This document shows, piece after piece, positions 1-11,755 of a DNA stretch of 64,000 nt. The position numbers and the translations under genes were made by a program. Origin of the DNA: Lama guanicoe. Its lineage: Eukaryota. Position 1 is the stretch's first letter; each line of letters begins with the position of its first letter. The stretch is from the NCBI GenBank assembly GCA_013239625.1, contig MU053934.1, positions 9,817,352 to 9,881,351 on the forward strand, written 5' to 3'. The notes under the pieces were generated by a model. That model made no database searches. It saw only the letters and a list, made by a program, of their open reading frames with translations, and was not told where the DNA came from.

Positions 1-3000
1 AGTGAGGTTTCCACCTGTCTCCTGGTGGGAAGGGAGTGCTTGACTGGTGAAACAGCCCACACAGGGTCCCGGGCCCTGGGAGAATTGGGGAGGGTCCAAG
101 GGGCCCCAGAGGTCTCCCACGCAGGACCCACTTAAGGACCAGCCACGACACGGATGACAAAACAGACGCCTGCTGAGTGACTGGCCCCTCGCAGACTGCT
201 GTCAGAGCCGCCCTCCCCACCAGCCTCCAGCTGCATCCCGACTTGGGCCCGGTGGCCCTCCCGCCCCTCCAAACGTGCTCGCTACCTACCGGCTGAGCCC
301 TGCCCGGCCCCCGGCGCAGGGAGAACAACTCAGTGTCTGGACAAGGGGGCCAGGGACACAAAGCTCCCAGGAGACAGATGTCCGTAATCCCCGTGAGCCC
401 TTCCCATTGTGTGACACGCACGGAGGCCTCAGGAGAGCTGTGCAAACTGCTTGGTTTCCTCCATCAGACAGCCTCGGGCAAGAGAGGAAGCAGCTGAGCT
501 GGCAGGAGAGGAAGGCCTAATCCGTGCGGAGGGCCTGGCTCAGGTGCTGCCGGGAGGCCGGCCTGGAGCAGAGCGGTGGGGGCAGGGGTGCTCGTCCTCT
601 CCCGTGGGCTCCTCCTTCCCCAGGGGCCGTCCCAGGGCCCTGCAGTGGCGGGCTCACTCCTCGGTGCTCCCTGGAGGGTCTCTGTGAGCAGGCAGGGCCT
701 TTAGAGACTCCCAGTGTGCAGAGCGGTGGTCAAGGAGGCTGCCCCAGGACCTGGGCAGGGCCGGCCGAGCTGTGACTGTTCCGTGACACGCTGTTGCTTC
801 AGCCATCGGCGGGTGACTCTGAAACACGCTATGTGCAGGTGCCCTGGCGGGGCAGCCAAGGCTGATTCAGCCCCGAAGCCGAGTCTTCAGCCGGCCCTGG
901 GAGATGCGTCTCCCACTCAAGCAGGAAGGAAAACGCACCCGGGCACGGCCTTTGATTCCCTGACACGGAGCGTGGGCTCCCCCAGCCCATCCCGACTGGC
1001 TTGCATCCTGCCGGGCACTCAGCCCTCAGGAAGCACTTACCACCGGGGCCCACCGACCCCAGGAGGAGATCTGAGGCTGAGAGCTCAGAGGTGTGCGAAG
1101 GCCAGACTTCAGGGCACAGCGTCCCTGCCCCAGAGCAGCAGGCAAGCAAGAGCGTCCACGCTGACCCTCACTTTTCCTTCTTCCTACTCAAGAGCGTGTG
1201 CAATGTCCCAACAAAAGCCCGAATGTGTCTGAGCCAGAAAACCACTGACCCCTGTCCCCATCCTTGGACCAGGAGGGGCCAGCTCTGCTGACAGCATGCG
1301 TCCTCGTCGGCCCTGCTCAGACTCGGGAAAGCCGCCCAGCAATGTGGACAGAGAAATCCGGGGCCTGCGCACTGTCCTGCCCGCCGGCTGGAGCAGGTTC
1401 GAGGCCTTGATTGATCTCAGATACAACAGACCCTGTGCTCAGAGGGATGGTGCCCGGGGCCATGGGGACACAGAAGTGCACAGAGCGCAGATCTGGCCTC
1501 GGGCTCCTGACCCTGCAGGACGCTGGGTCCCAGCCTTCCCTCCTGTGCCCAGGAGACAGCTGCTGTCCCTCGCCTGCTCCTTTGTGAGAGAACGCTTTCA
1601 GGGGAGACCGTCCCCAGGGGAGAGAAGGGGCAGAAATGACCTGACCTAGAGTGCAGGTTGTAGGGGGCAGAAGAACTCACTTGGGGGAGCCCCAGGTGGG
1701 AGAGGCCCACAGGTATCTACGGGGGAAAATGTGCCCTGTGGGCTAAGACACTGGGAGGAAAACCCCACGCCGTGCCCATCCGCCCTCGAGGCCCCGGAAG
1801 TCAGCAGGAGGGGAGGCTCTGAGGGTGCGACCCCACTGCAGCCTCACACAGCAGCCACGCGAGGCTGCTCCCAGGTGGCCAGCAGGTGGTGAGCGCACCT
1901 CTCACTGGCTAATAATCGTCCCGAACAGCCACAGGAGCATCGCGTCAGCAGAAGACTCTGGGGTTTGCGACAGGACAGCCGGGAAGTTGCAAGCGTGTCC
2001 CTGGAGGCGCCCTGTCTCCCTCCAGCCCCCACTGCACCCCCCGCATCAAGCAGCCAAGCACTGATGAGATCACGCCCCGGGAGGGTAACAGAGCAAGGGC
2101 GGCGGGGCTGCCAGGGGGCTGCGCCACCCAGGCCCCGTCCCAGGCACCCGTGAACATCCTCTGCTTGGTCCTCCAAGTCCCAAGAAGAGCGCCGGGCCCC
2201 ATGTCGCTTCAGATCTGCACCCTGACCCCATCAGAACCTTCCTTTGCCCTCATCACAAATATGGCGCAGACTCAGAACCTGCCTGGTTTCTGTCCTAGAT
2301 GATGGGGGGGCAGCTCTCACCCACAGGCCGGGGACAAAAACTGTGGTCATCATGCAGGGTGATCGCTGCTTGTGGCCTATTTAGGGCAACTGGGAAATGA
2401 GCCGTCCAGGGCAGGCCAGACGTAAAGGAGGCAGAGGGCTGGGTGGTGCCAGACCAGGGGAAGGAGGGGGAGGGGAGGGGCCTCGATGACAGACACCTCA
2501 GGCCCAAGGGCAGGAGGCCCTCGCTAACCACTGCTGTGTCAATACCCTGAAAGGCAGCAGACGTGAAGGACACAAAGCACTCTTCCTCCGTGGGCGCATT
2601 TCTCACTGAGGGAGGGCCCCTTACCTGCCAGCCAAGCCCAGGCTGAGCCCTGCGGCCTTGGGGGGCGGGGGTGGGGTCTGCGGCCAAGCTCAGCAAGCGG
2701 GAGGCGCCTGGGAGCTTCCCAGGAAGGCGAGTGGTTTGCTAAAACCACAGCAGTGGAAAACGGGGCATTTTGATGCAAAAACCACCAAGGAGTTTCCTTA
2801 CAAGCCAATAAACAGCAAAATAAAAGGACACCCCTAAAGCCCCCAGGCCGTCCCAGCATTTCCTTGGAGAGCCTCCTGACTCTCGGGTTTCATCCAGGTA
2901 AGAGCGGAGGAAAGGAGTTTCGCTTTGGAATTGGGTTTGAATGGCCTGGAATTTTAGCCTCCAGTAATGACTTGGCCAAGGCAGCTGTAATGAATAAACT

Positions 3001-3258
3001 CTTTCTGCGTCCTTCTCAGTGTAGGGTGGTCTCCGGGGTCCCTGTCTCCCCGCCCAGCGCTCCCTGGGGGAGTATCCGCCCCAGCACAGGCCTTGGGTTT
3101 ATTTACACAGACCCTCAACAAACGCTCATTTCCTAAATACCTTTTTCAACCAGCGTATTTATTTAAATTTCAGAGTATAAATGTCTGAAGACAGAAAAGC
3201 TGCCAGGCTCCCCCCACCGCGCCCCTAGGCTGGAGGAGGTGGGGTGGCGCCGCCCTAC

Positions 3259-3347
3259 CTTGTTGTAATACTGCACCTGCACCGAGTGCCACCGCCCATC
3301 ACTCACGCCCCCGGGAACCTGCGGGGACACTGTCGTCGTGGTCTCAC
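3259..3347 (-). CDS. CELSR1: CELSR1 coding exon 5: laminin G-like 1
   Basis: Translation (G)ETTTTVSPQVPGGVSDGRWHSVQVQYYNK contains the LamG DGxWH motif. Acceptor ccccacag|GT at 3349-3348, donor AAG|gtaggg at 3258-3257. Length 89 nt. Confidence 0.96.
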
Positions 3348-3489
3348 CTGTGGGGCAGGGGGAGATCCAGAGAGAAAAGACAGGTGAGCGGGCCCCTGAG
3401 GCTAAAAGTCCTTCTGACAGTCTGGACAAACGTTCTTGCCAACAACCCAGAAACATTTTTCATGGCTTTGCAAATGTCGGTCATCTACA

Positions 3490-3660
3490 GAGGCAGCAGC
3501 ACACTTCAATGATCCCCCAATTTTTGGAAATCTGAGCTGTGTTCCCAGCATTGTAAACAACGCTGCAGTGAACATCTCTGTGCATTCGGGATCTCTCCCA
3601 CAGGACGGATTCCCAGATGTGGATCCAGGGATCAGCAGGTGAGCAGGCTCGAAGGCGCTG
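3490..3660 (-). mobile_element. Old L1 (L1M/L1ME-type) fragment in intron 4
   Basis: cattgtaaacaacgctgcagtgaacatc resembles the antisense L1 motif attgtgaataatgctgctatgaacatt. Confidence 0.5.
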
Positions 3661-3740
3661 CACGGGGTGGGCTGGTTTTAACCGACAAGGCGCCCGTGAC
3701 GTGCTCTGAGGGCCACTCTTTCCGGTGCAGGAGGCTTTAC

Positions 3741-3856
3741 CTGCTGAGAAGGTGAGCTGCACCTGTTCGTCCACGATCTCCAAGGCGATAAAGTCGTGCT
3801 TCTCGTTGAAACGGCCATTGTAGAGCAGCAGGGCGTTCCTCTCCTGGGTGGCAAAC
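3741..3856 (-). CDS. CELSR1: CELSR1 coding exon 4: laminin G-like 1
   Basis: Translation FATQERNALLLYNGRFNEKHDFIALEIVDEQVQLTFSA(G). Acceptor ccccgcag|GT at 3858-3857, donor GCAG|gtaaag at 3740-3739. Length 116 nt, frame continuous with exon 3. Confidence 0.97.
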
Positions 3857-6534
3857 CTGCGGGGCCAAGCAGAAGCACATCACACAGCGGATGACCCCGG
3901 GGTGGAAGGTCTGCAGGCAGCAGAAACCAGAGGCTGCCCAGAGCAGTTAGCCTGGCCGGGGTGGGCGAGGGCAGGGGCCACACTCAGCGAAGACTCTGGT
4001 CCCCAGGGCTCTTTTCATATGAGGGGTTGACAGTCCATAAAATCTGATCAGTGGCAGTCTTCTCTGGAAGGAACAAACCAGGTTCTAGGGGGGAATTTGG
4101 TGACCACGACCCGTATAAGGTGAAAAGGTTCCATCTGCACAATGTTTTAGACAGATGAAATGGCCACTATACCATCGGGAAATGTTTGGACCAAATACAC
4201 ATGCAGTGCCTCTTCTGCGGATGTGCCCCAGGACACAGGGATGTGGGTGCTGATGACCCCTCAGGGCCAAGTCCCTTGTCTCCACCACCACACTCCAGCC
4301 ACACTGAGTCCTTTTGCTCCCCAGTGCTACACTCTTCCCTGCCCCCGGGCCTTTGCACCTGTTGTTTCCCACGTGGGGAACAATCTTCCCTGGCTCTGCA
4401 GCTCTCCCGTACGCCACACCAACTGTGCTTTCCCCAGCTCATTTTATCTAAATGGTGCCCCTACCCCATCAACCCCTCATTTCATTTCTGAAAGCACCCT
4501 GCTTGTTTATTTGTTTACAAGAACGTGCGATCCTGCAAGGGGAGGGACTAGGATTCTCATTCATCGCTGCATCCTGGAGACCAAAACAAGATCTGGTCCA
4601 GACAAGCGCTGAGTCAGCGGATGGACGCCCGCACGCGCGAACCGACGGACGCGTGAAAACGAGCAGACTCGTCAGGCTTTAAGCATTCAGACCACTTCCT
4701 GCGACAAGAGGTAAACAGCCTCAGAAACCCTTCTCCCACCCCCGTGGTCCATCAGACCCAAGGGTCCCGGACACACCAAGTCGCCTCGACGCCTCCTCGA
4801 CACCCAGGTTACAGAGAACCGGGCAAACCTCCCGAGTGAACTGGGGACCGTTTCCTGAGTGAGCTGGATGTCTCCCTCATCGGAGATTAAGTGGGGGAAA
4901 TTCTTTCCTTTGATTCCAGGTTGGTTTATCTGTTTTCGTGCAGCAGGAGCCTGTCAGAAAGAGCCTGGGGCGCCTGACCTCAGCCGTTTCCCTGAGTTAG
5001 TTACTTAAAACTGACAGTTCCCGTCCGGACTCGACACCCCGTTTAGAAGGTGGCAGAGGACACACCTGCACGGCAGAGTGGATGCTCTGGGCGTGGAGTG
5101 AGCAGGTGGAAGGAGGACGCTGAGGTAAGGCTGGGATACGCACTTGCGGCCCGAGACTCCGGGGCACACCTGCTCCCCTTTGGTGGGTCTCGCTCTTGTG
5201 AGTTTCCCTTTGGACCGAGGTGGGAGCTGGTCCGGGGGGTCAGGGCTGAATGGTCCTCCGGCAGAAACCCTCACTGCTGGGGACCGAGAGCCAAAGAAGG
5301 GACCCAGGGCCACGGGGAGGGCCTGAACCTCGTAAGGGAAAAGAGGAAAGGCCAGAAATAGAAACCGAGGCCTGGCAAGGGGGCCCGGGAAGGAGCGAAC
5401 AAAGGACGGGGGCGGGGAGGCGGGGGAGGAGAGGCTGCGGGACCGTGGGGCCGGGAGCCCGGACCCTTGGCAAACAGAAACCAGAAAGAAGAGAAGCAGC
5501 CTGGAAAGAACCGCCTGAAACAAAAGCCCCGGGCCGGTGCCCCAGCCCCCCTTTCCCACGGGGCGCCCCTCAGGAGGCGGGGCCCGCTCCTCCGGGCCCT
5601 GCTCCAAAGCCACCACAGCCCCAGCGTGTGACTGCTCTTCTGCCCAAGTTCTGGGGGGGCTTTTTATGACTTTGCCTTTGGAGCAAAACCCTCCCGGTTT
5701 GGCGTCGGCCCTGACGTTTCAGCCGTCGTCAGGCGTACCGGAAGTCGTCCACAAACTGCTGTCAAATGTGATCGTCTGAAATACGAGAAGTGAGGACACA
5801 GACACCACGTTACGTGGACATTTACTTAGACAAGAGTATTCTTTCATTTTTTTCTGAGTCTGGAGCCGACAGACACCCTGTGTTGGTTTCCGGCATGTCT
5901 GCCGGCCCCATGTCGGTGGGCCTGCCTGCCTACAGCACCAGGACTTCTGGTCACCTTTGAGGTCAGCCTCCTGCAGGTCACTCACTGTGCTGCACGTGAC
6001 AGAGGGTGCCGACCACGCCCAGGGGGCTGTGGCCACCTAGACACCAAAACCACATGCCAGCGACATGTTTGCCTGAAGATGCAGGGCGCCTTTGACTTGG
6101 GGGGCAGGCACCCATGGAAGCCATGTGGGACAGAGTGGCCAAGGTCCCACAGAGGAGCCCTCAGTTTGGAGGCTGTGCCCACACGGTGGCTTTCTGAGCA
6201 CAGGGCCTGTGGGCGCAAGGCGGGGGCCTAATATTCCAAGCAGGCAGGGGCTTGCTTGTGAACGGGAGGGTGAAGTGCCAACCCCCGTGAGCCCTCACGA
6301 CTGGCCTGGAGAGGGTCCCTCGTTAGCCGTTTTACCGAACATGGTGGAGCTGGAAACCGGGTACCAAAATGTGGGCAATAACTTCAAAACGGTGGGGCTC
6401 CAAGTGGCCCAAACCTCCAAAACCGGTTTTAGAATCAAATAACGCTGCCGCCTTGCAGTTGGGTCCAGGGGGCCGACTGGAGCCACGTCCCCCACCTCCC
6501 GTCTTGCTAGCTCCCGGAAAAGGGGTCAACGCTC

Positions 6535-6735
6535 TGAGATCAGGAGCAGATTGCAGATACTAACTGTACACAAATTAAGCAACAAGCTTCTACTGCACAG
6601 CACAGGGAACCACATTCGGTATCTCGTAGTTACCTATAATGAAACATACGAAAACGAACAGATGTATGTCTGTGTGGGACTGAAACACTGTGCTGTACAC
6701 CAGAAACTGACACAACACTACAAACTGTATTTCAG
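6535..6735 (+). mobile_element. L1 3' end (lineage-specific family)
   Basis: ttgcagatactaact...cagcacagggaac...tgctgtacaccagaaactgacacaaca is shared with the copies at about 32190-32390 and 63330-63490. Confidence 0.85.
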
Positions 6736-6959
6736 AGCCAGGAGCAGGGCCGCCAGCACACACACGGGCTCCGGGGATCACAGCCCCCTTGCTACTTTAT
6801 CAAAGCTGGTCTCCAAGGGAAATTCAGGAAGAGGACAGAAGCTGGGAAATGCCTGCAGATCAGGACGAGCAAGCCCTGGGCCAGGAGGCTTATGGGGGTG
6901 GGGGGAGGAGGTGACATTAAGAGCACGGGCTACTGGCAAACCCTGTGGGTCCCGCTGAC

Positions 6960-7130
6960 CAGCCTTGCCGCCTCAGGCAGGCTTCTCAGCCCTTCTGCCG
7001 TAGGCTCCTCGCCTGCGGGAAGGGGGTGACAGTGGTACCCAGCTCCCAGGGTCCTTGTGAGAAGGAAACGAGCCTGACAGGAAATGAGAAGGAACCAGCA
7101 CAAAGCCCGCATGTTGCTGCAGTGTGGCGC
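6960..7130. mobile_element. MIR-like SINE fossil
   Basis: Degenerate MIR core: ctcctcgcctgcgggaagggggtgacagtggtacccagctcccagggtccttgtgagaagga. Confidence 0.5.
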
Positions 7131-8926
7131 ACGCTGAGGTCTGAGATGAGCTGGGCAGAGCCCAGCAGGTGTTTCACGGGGTACCAGTCTCCCTAAACAG
7201 AGCGTCCTCTGAGAGGACATCGTCTGCACCCAGTGCACATGTCTGAGCCCAAGAGTTTACCGGGCGGCTGGAGCAGGGCCAGGTGGGTGGGGCAGCTGAC
7301 ACCCCACGCCACTCGGAATGCCCGGGATGGCCGCCCTCTGCAACTTTACCCCTCCCACCCCCCACCAGGCCAAAGAGCCCTCCTCTGGGAGCACAGGAGG
7401 CCCCTGGCCGACGTCACGGGGCCACAGGCAGGGAGCAGCGGGCACTCGTGTCTTGTCTGCAAGGAACAACCAGCTCGCTGACCTCTGGGAGCCTGGGTGT
7501 TGGGACACAGGATGAAAAGCCCCCGAGGAGCTTCAGACCAGCAGGTGGTCAGGGACGGACAGAGCTGGGCCTCAGCATGCGCTCAGAAGCCCTGGGGCCT
7601 GAAGCCCGGAAACCCCGGCCACGGATCCCATGCAGTCACTGAAAGGTTTCAAAAGGACAGGCATCTGCTTTGGAGACTTTAACACAAATAATCTGACAGC
7701 CAGCACAAAAATAAGGATCAGGAAATCTGGCGTGCGTTCCCACCCCAACCCACGCGCTAGCGTGGAGGACAGGGTTCGGGTGAGATCCGAGCCACGATGT
7801 ACAGAACGCCCATGCTACCCAAGTGCCCTCACCAGGACCCTTTCGGGGCAGTCGAGGTGGACGGCAGCCTGATCCTGCAAGCAGGGCTGTCAGAGGCTGC
7901 AGGCAGCAGACACGCAGGCTGTGACCAGACCGTCCAGCCGGAGCTGGAAGGCCGGGGTCGCCCGGCCTGGGTCAGCGGGGCTTCCTCAAGGGAGCAGGAG
8001 CAGGAGTCAGGCAGACCGGCAGCAGGAGGCGAGGAAACGGCCTTCGAGAGGCGGGGCAGGTCCAGAGAATCACGAGGTGAGGGTGGCCAGGTCACAGGGC
8101 GCAAGGTGCCAGGACCAGGGGTCGCCAGGGGTCAGGGCACAGGGCGTCCCCATGTGCCCTATTGAGAAGTTTGGGTTTCACTCCAGATGGCCGGCAGGCC
8201 TGGCAGGAGGTCAACAGGGAACCACCTGACTCAGGCTGAGAGCAGATGGCACCACGGCTGCCAGTACCAGGTGTCACCCGGGGGCGAGGACGGGGGCCCG
8301 GGAAGGAGGGAAGTGGCCGGACACGGGAGACCGGAGGTGGAGGGACTCCCAGGACCTGACTGAGAAGAGCGGGAGAGAGGGCAGGGGGCTGCCTGGACGT
8401 GCTCACGCCAGCACCGCACGGGGCCTGTCGACTGGGCTGCACCCCTCACCTGCTCAGGGGCGGGCCTCCCAGGGGAGGAGCCTGCCCCACCCGGCCCTGA
8501 GGAGCCCCGTTCTCCAAGGGCCTCTCGAGGGAGCCTCTGGGTTCTGGGGGACGCAGAACGCAGCCTTCCCCCCGGAGACTGTGCTCCCCTAATAATGGGC
8601 CCCCTACACAACGATCAAACATAAAAACACCCTATTCTCCGAAGTTAAACTTGATAGAGATCTCTTCAATGGAAATGATACGTTTTTAAAAATTGAATTA
8701 AATCTAGATTCTCCTGGAGAAAAAGATGCAAAAATAGAAGAATGGCTGAGGCACAGTCCGCCTGCATCCTCAGGCGATGGACGAAGGACCCAGGCTAAAG
8801 GGGTCCGACAGCCGCCCGTGGTACCCAGCTAACAGGTGGCACGGCAGGAGGCTACGCTGAGTCTGATCCCCAGGCCTGCTGGTCCCCTGCCCTCCACGCT
8901 GGCAGGTGAGCGGGACCAGAACAGCC

Positions 8927-9077
8927 CAGTGGCTTTATGGGCGTGCGCCCCACGTGGGCAAACAGAGCCCCATGTCTGGCTTAATGCTCTGCTACTGCCA
9001 ACTGGAAATTCTTAACTTTTGAACAAGGGCCCCATCCTCAATTTGCATGGGGCCCTAAAATTAAGTAGCCGGTCCTG
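8927..9077 (+). mobile_element. MER53-like non-autonomous hAT DNA transposon, about 95 nt into intron 3
   Basis: ggctttatgggcgtgcg...ttaatgctctgct...gaaattcttaac..tttgaacaagggcccc...ttgcatggggccc...gtagccggtcctg matches the MER53 consensus as recalled. Confidence 0.75.
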
Positions 9078-9172
9078 CAGCCGGCTCTGGCCAGGGCTAC
9101 TCAGCTCCCGGACGGCCCAGCGGACGGGCTCTGCTGTTACCTGGAGGGACGGGGTGTGTGGGGACCACTCAC

Positions 9173-9395
9173 GCGAGGGCGACGGTGAAGTGAAAGCGTT
9201 GTCTCAGGCCGCGGAAGGTGACGAAGGACTGTGGCGGGAAGCTCCTGGTGGTCACCTCGCAGTACGGCCTCTCGAACTCGCCGGGGGGGCACACGCAGTG
9301 GAAGCCGCCGATGAGCAGGTTCACGCAGGTGCCCCCGTTCTTGCACACGCCGTGGGCGCAGCGGCCGGAGCGCACATTCACCTCACAGTGCTCGC
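9173..9395 (-). CDS. CELSR1: CELSR1 coding exon 3: EGF-like 3 and start of laminin G-like 1
   Basis: Translation (G)EHCEVNVRSGRCAHGVCKNGGTCVNLLIGGFHCVCPPGEFERPYCEVTTRSFPPQSFVTFRGLRQRFHFTVAL(A). Acceptor cccccag|GC at 9397-9396, donor CGC|gtgagt at 9172-9171. Length 223 nt, in frame with exon 2. Confidence 0.97.
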
Positions 9396-11394
9396 CTGGG
9401 GGACGAGAGCGGGGCGGGGTTCACACAGCGGCCCTGGGATGGGGTGGCGGGGGAGGGGCACACCCACGCCGAGGCCACCAACACCGCTGCAGAACCAGCA
9501 GCTCAACCCAAACCCGGGAGCACGTGGGGCCTCTGGGAACCACGCCGGAGTCGGCTGCAACCAGATGCGTGCTGTTCCCGCCAGAACAAGGGCATCCGGT
9601 GCCTGGTGGGCATCTGCGGCTGGCCGGGCAGCAGGGTCCCAGTAAGCACCCCCAGGGGGTCCTCAGCCTAACGCATCAGGTGGCTGAGTCACTCCGACCC
9701 GTCCCTGTCCTGGGCCTGCCCAGCGGTCCCCCTGCTCAAGGGGCAGAGGACGGTGCATCAGTGAACACTTCTTAGCATCCAGCTCCGTTCTGAACACCCA
9801 CTGGCTGAGCCCGGCTCTCTTTCGAGAGAATTACCTAGAAATACTGAGGTTGAGAGGGCCCCGTGCCCCTCCCCACGCCCACACCCACGCCAGTGCGGCG
9901 CTGGGCTCCTCGGGCCGGGACCAGCCCTGCTTAGGCCCAGGGCCTCCTGCGCCCACCTGCCCTGCTGCCCCCCACGCAGCCCCCACCGCCCGGCCAGCAC
10001 CAGAGTCCAGTTCGTTTTTAGTCAGGTCTGTCTCTCCCACCAGCCTCGGAGCTCACCAAGGACAGGCCAGTGCCCTCCCTGTAGCCCAGTCCCTCAGAGA
10101 CAGGAGGGTTCTGGAAGCTTCCTCGTAGAAACTGACCAGGCAGTCCAAGCTGACCGCTTCTGCCCCCAGGCCCATCGGACCCAGAGTGCTCACCAACAGA
10201 AAGGCCACCGCGTCAGCCAGGAGCGGTCCAGCCAGGCGATCCTCGCTCCCTAGGACATGGTCCCGCCCTGCCCCTGCCACGGGGTGGACATCTCTGAGCC
10301 CTCACAGGCCCACAGACCGACAGGAGCCTCTAACAACCAGAAAGTCCTCAGACCCCACTGTTACTGGTTTTCAAATGAATGCATTTAAAAATAAAGGTAT
10401 TACATTCACATCCTAAAAAAAAACAACCCCACAAACAGTGTGGCATTAAAAATGTCTTCAGCTGTTTCTTGCAGAAAAAACCAAGAGAACTGGATGCCCT
10501 GCCCATGCCGTCCGGCACGTCGGCTCACCGCTGCACCTCGGAGAACCCCCGTCAGCCCTGGGAGCTCTTCCTCCTCTTCCCACGGCCACACAGCACACCT
10601 TGAGAGGACCCCGTGGGCTTTCTGTTCCCTCACTGACGGACGTGTCGGCTGCCTGCAGCTCGCTTTACTGCAGATAACTTTCTGGTATACATCCTCCTTG
10701 GCGGGCTTTAAGGATACCTCTCTCGAGAAAATTCCTACCAGCGATGAACCCAAGGCACACACAGCTTTGCATTTTGATAGCTGTTTCCAAACCGCCCTCC
10801 CCAAAAGGATGAAGAGACTCGCCCGTCCTCGCTGACAGGAAGCATGATCAATCTGTACAATTATGTGCACTCCTGACAAATGAATCTCAAAGGTGTTTTA
10901 TTTGTGTTCACTTCTGATGAGGCCCGACACCTGTTTGAGTTTTATTGGCAACGGCCGCTTCCTGTCTCTGAACGGCCTGATCACTTTTTCTATCAGATGG
11001 TTGGTCTTGTTCTCTGTGTGTTATACACGCTCCCCGTAAATTAAGGAATTAACTGTTCTCTGCCATTTCTGGGATAACGCCCTCCTGGCTCCAGTTTAAC
11101 TTTTGACTTATTTATGCATTTGCAGTCACATAAAAATGTTATGTCTGCACAGGGTCGTACTTAACAATTTCTCCTTTGTGAGGCTAGTGCTCTCGGATTA
11201 TTAAAAGGTTGGTATGAAGAGATAGGAAACTCGGAGCTCCGGAGACATCCGGCACCAGGACCCTCGGTGCACGGCGAGGTGTGCCTTCAAATGGCAGCGT
11301 CGTCCCCAAACCCAGAAGTCACTGGGATCCCCAGAGGAGTTCACCGGATGCCCTTTGGTGCCTTTTCAACATGGACCCATGTGGATACGTCACT

Positions 11395-11755
11395 GCTGCC
11401 TTGGTCTGCTCAAGCTGCCATAACAAAGTACCATGAGCTGGGGGTTGAAACAACAGAAGTGTGTCCCGCGGAGTTCAGGCCAGGTGCCAGCACAGCCGGG
11501 CCGGCAGAGGGCCCTCCTCGGCTTGCAGGCGGCCGCCTCACCGTGGCCTCCCACGGCGCTTCCTCAGAGTATGTGCACAGAGAGACAGAGATCTCCGCTG
11601 TCTCTTCTCACGAGGACACTAATCCTCTTGGAGCAGGGCCCACACTCATCGTTTGTCTGAATTACTTCCCTCTGGGCCCCATCTCCAGACACAGATCCAC
11701 TGGCGGTTAGGGCTGTCGCCTATTAATCTGGGGGACATGATTCAGACCACAGCCT
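11395..11755 (-). mobile_element. MLT1-type MaLR LTR
   Basis: gctgccataacaaagtaccatgagctggggg...gaggacactaatcc...agggcccacactcat...gggggacatgattcagaccacagc. Confidence 0.75.

Noticed and set aside
3348..3740. Intron 4 length (393 nt) is a multiple of 3, suggesting coding intron retention
   Set aside because: Two in-frame TGA codons (3483-3481 and 3462-3460) interrupt the frame.
9019..9775. 208-aa and 185-aa + strand ORFs over exon 3
   Set aside because: Antisense shadows of the exon extending into MER53 and GC-rich intron sequence.
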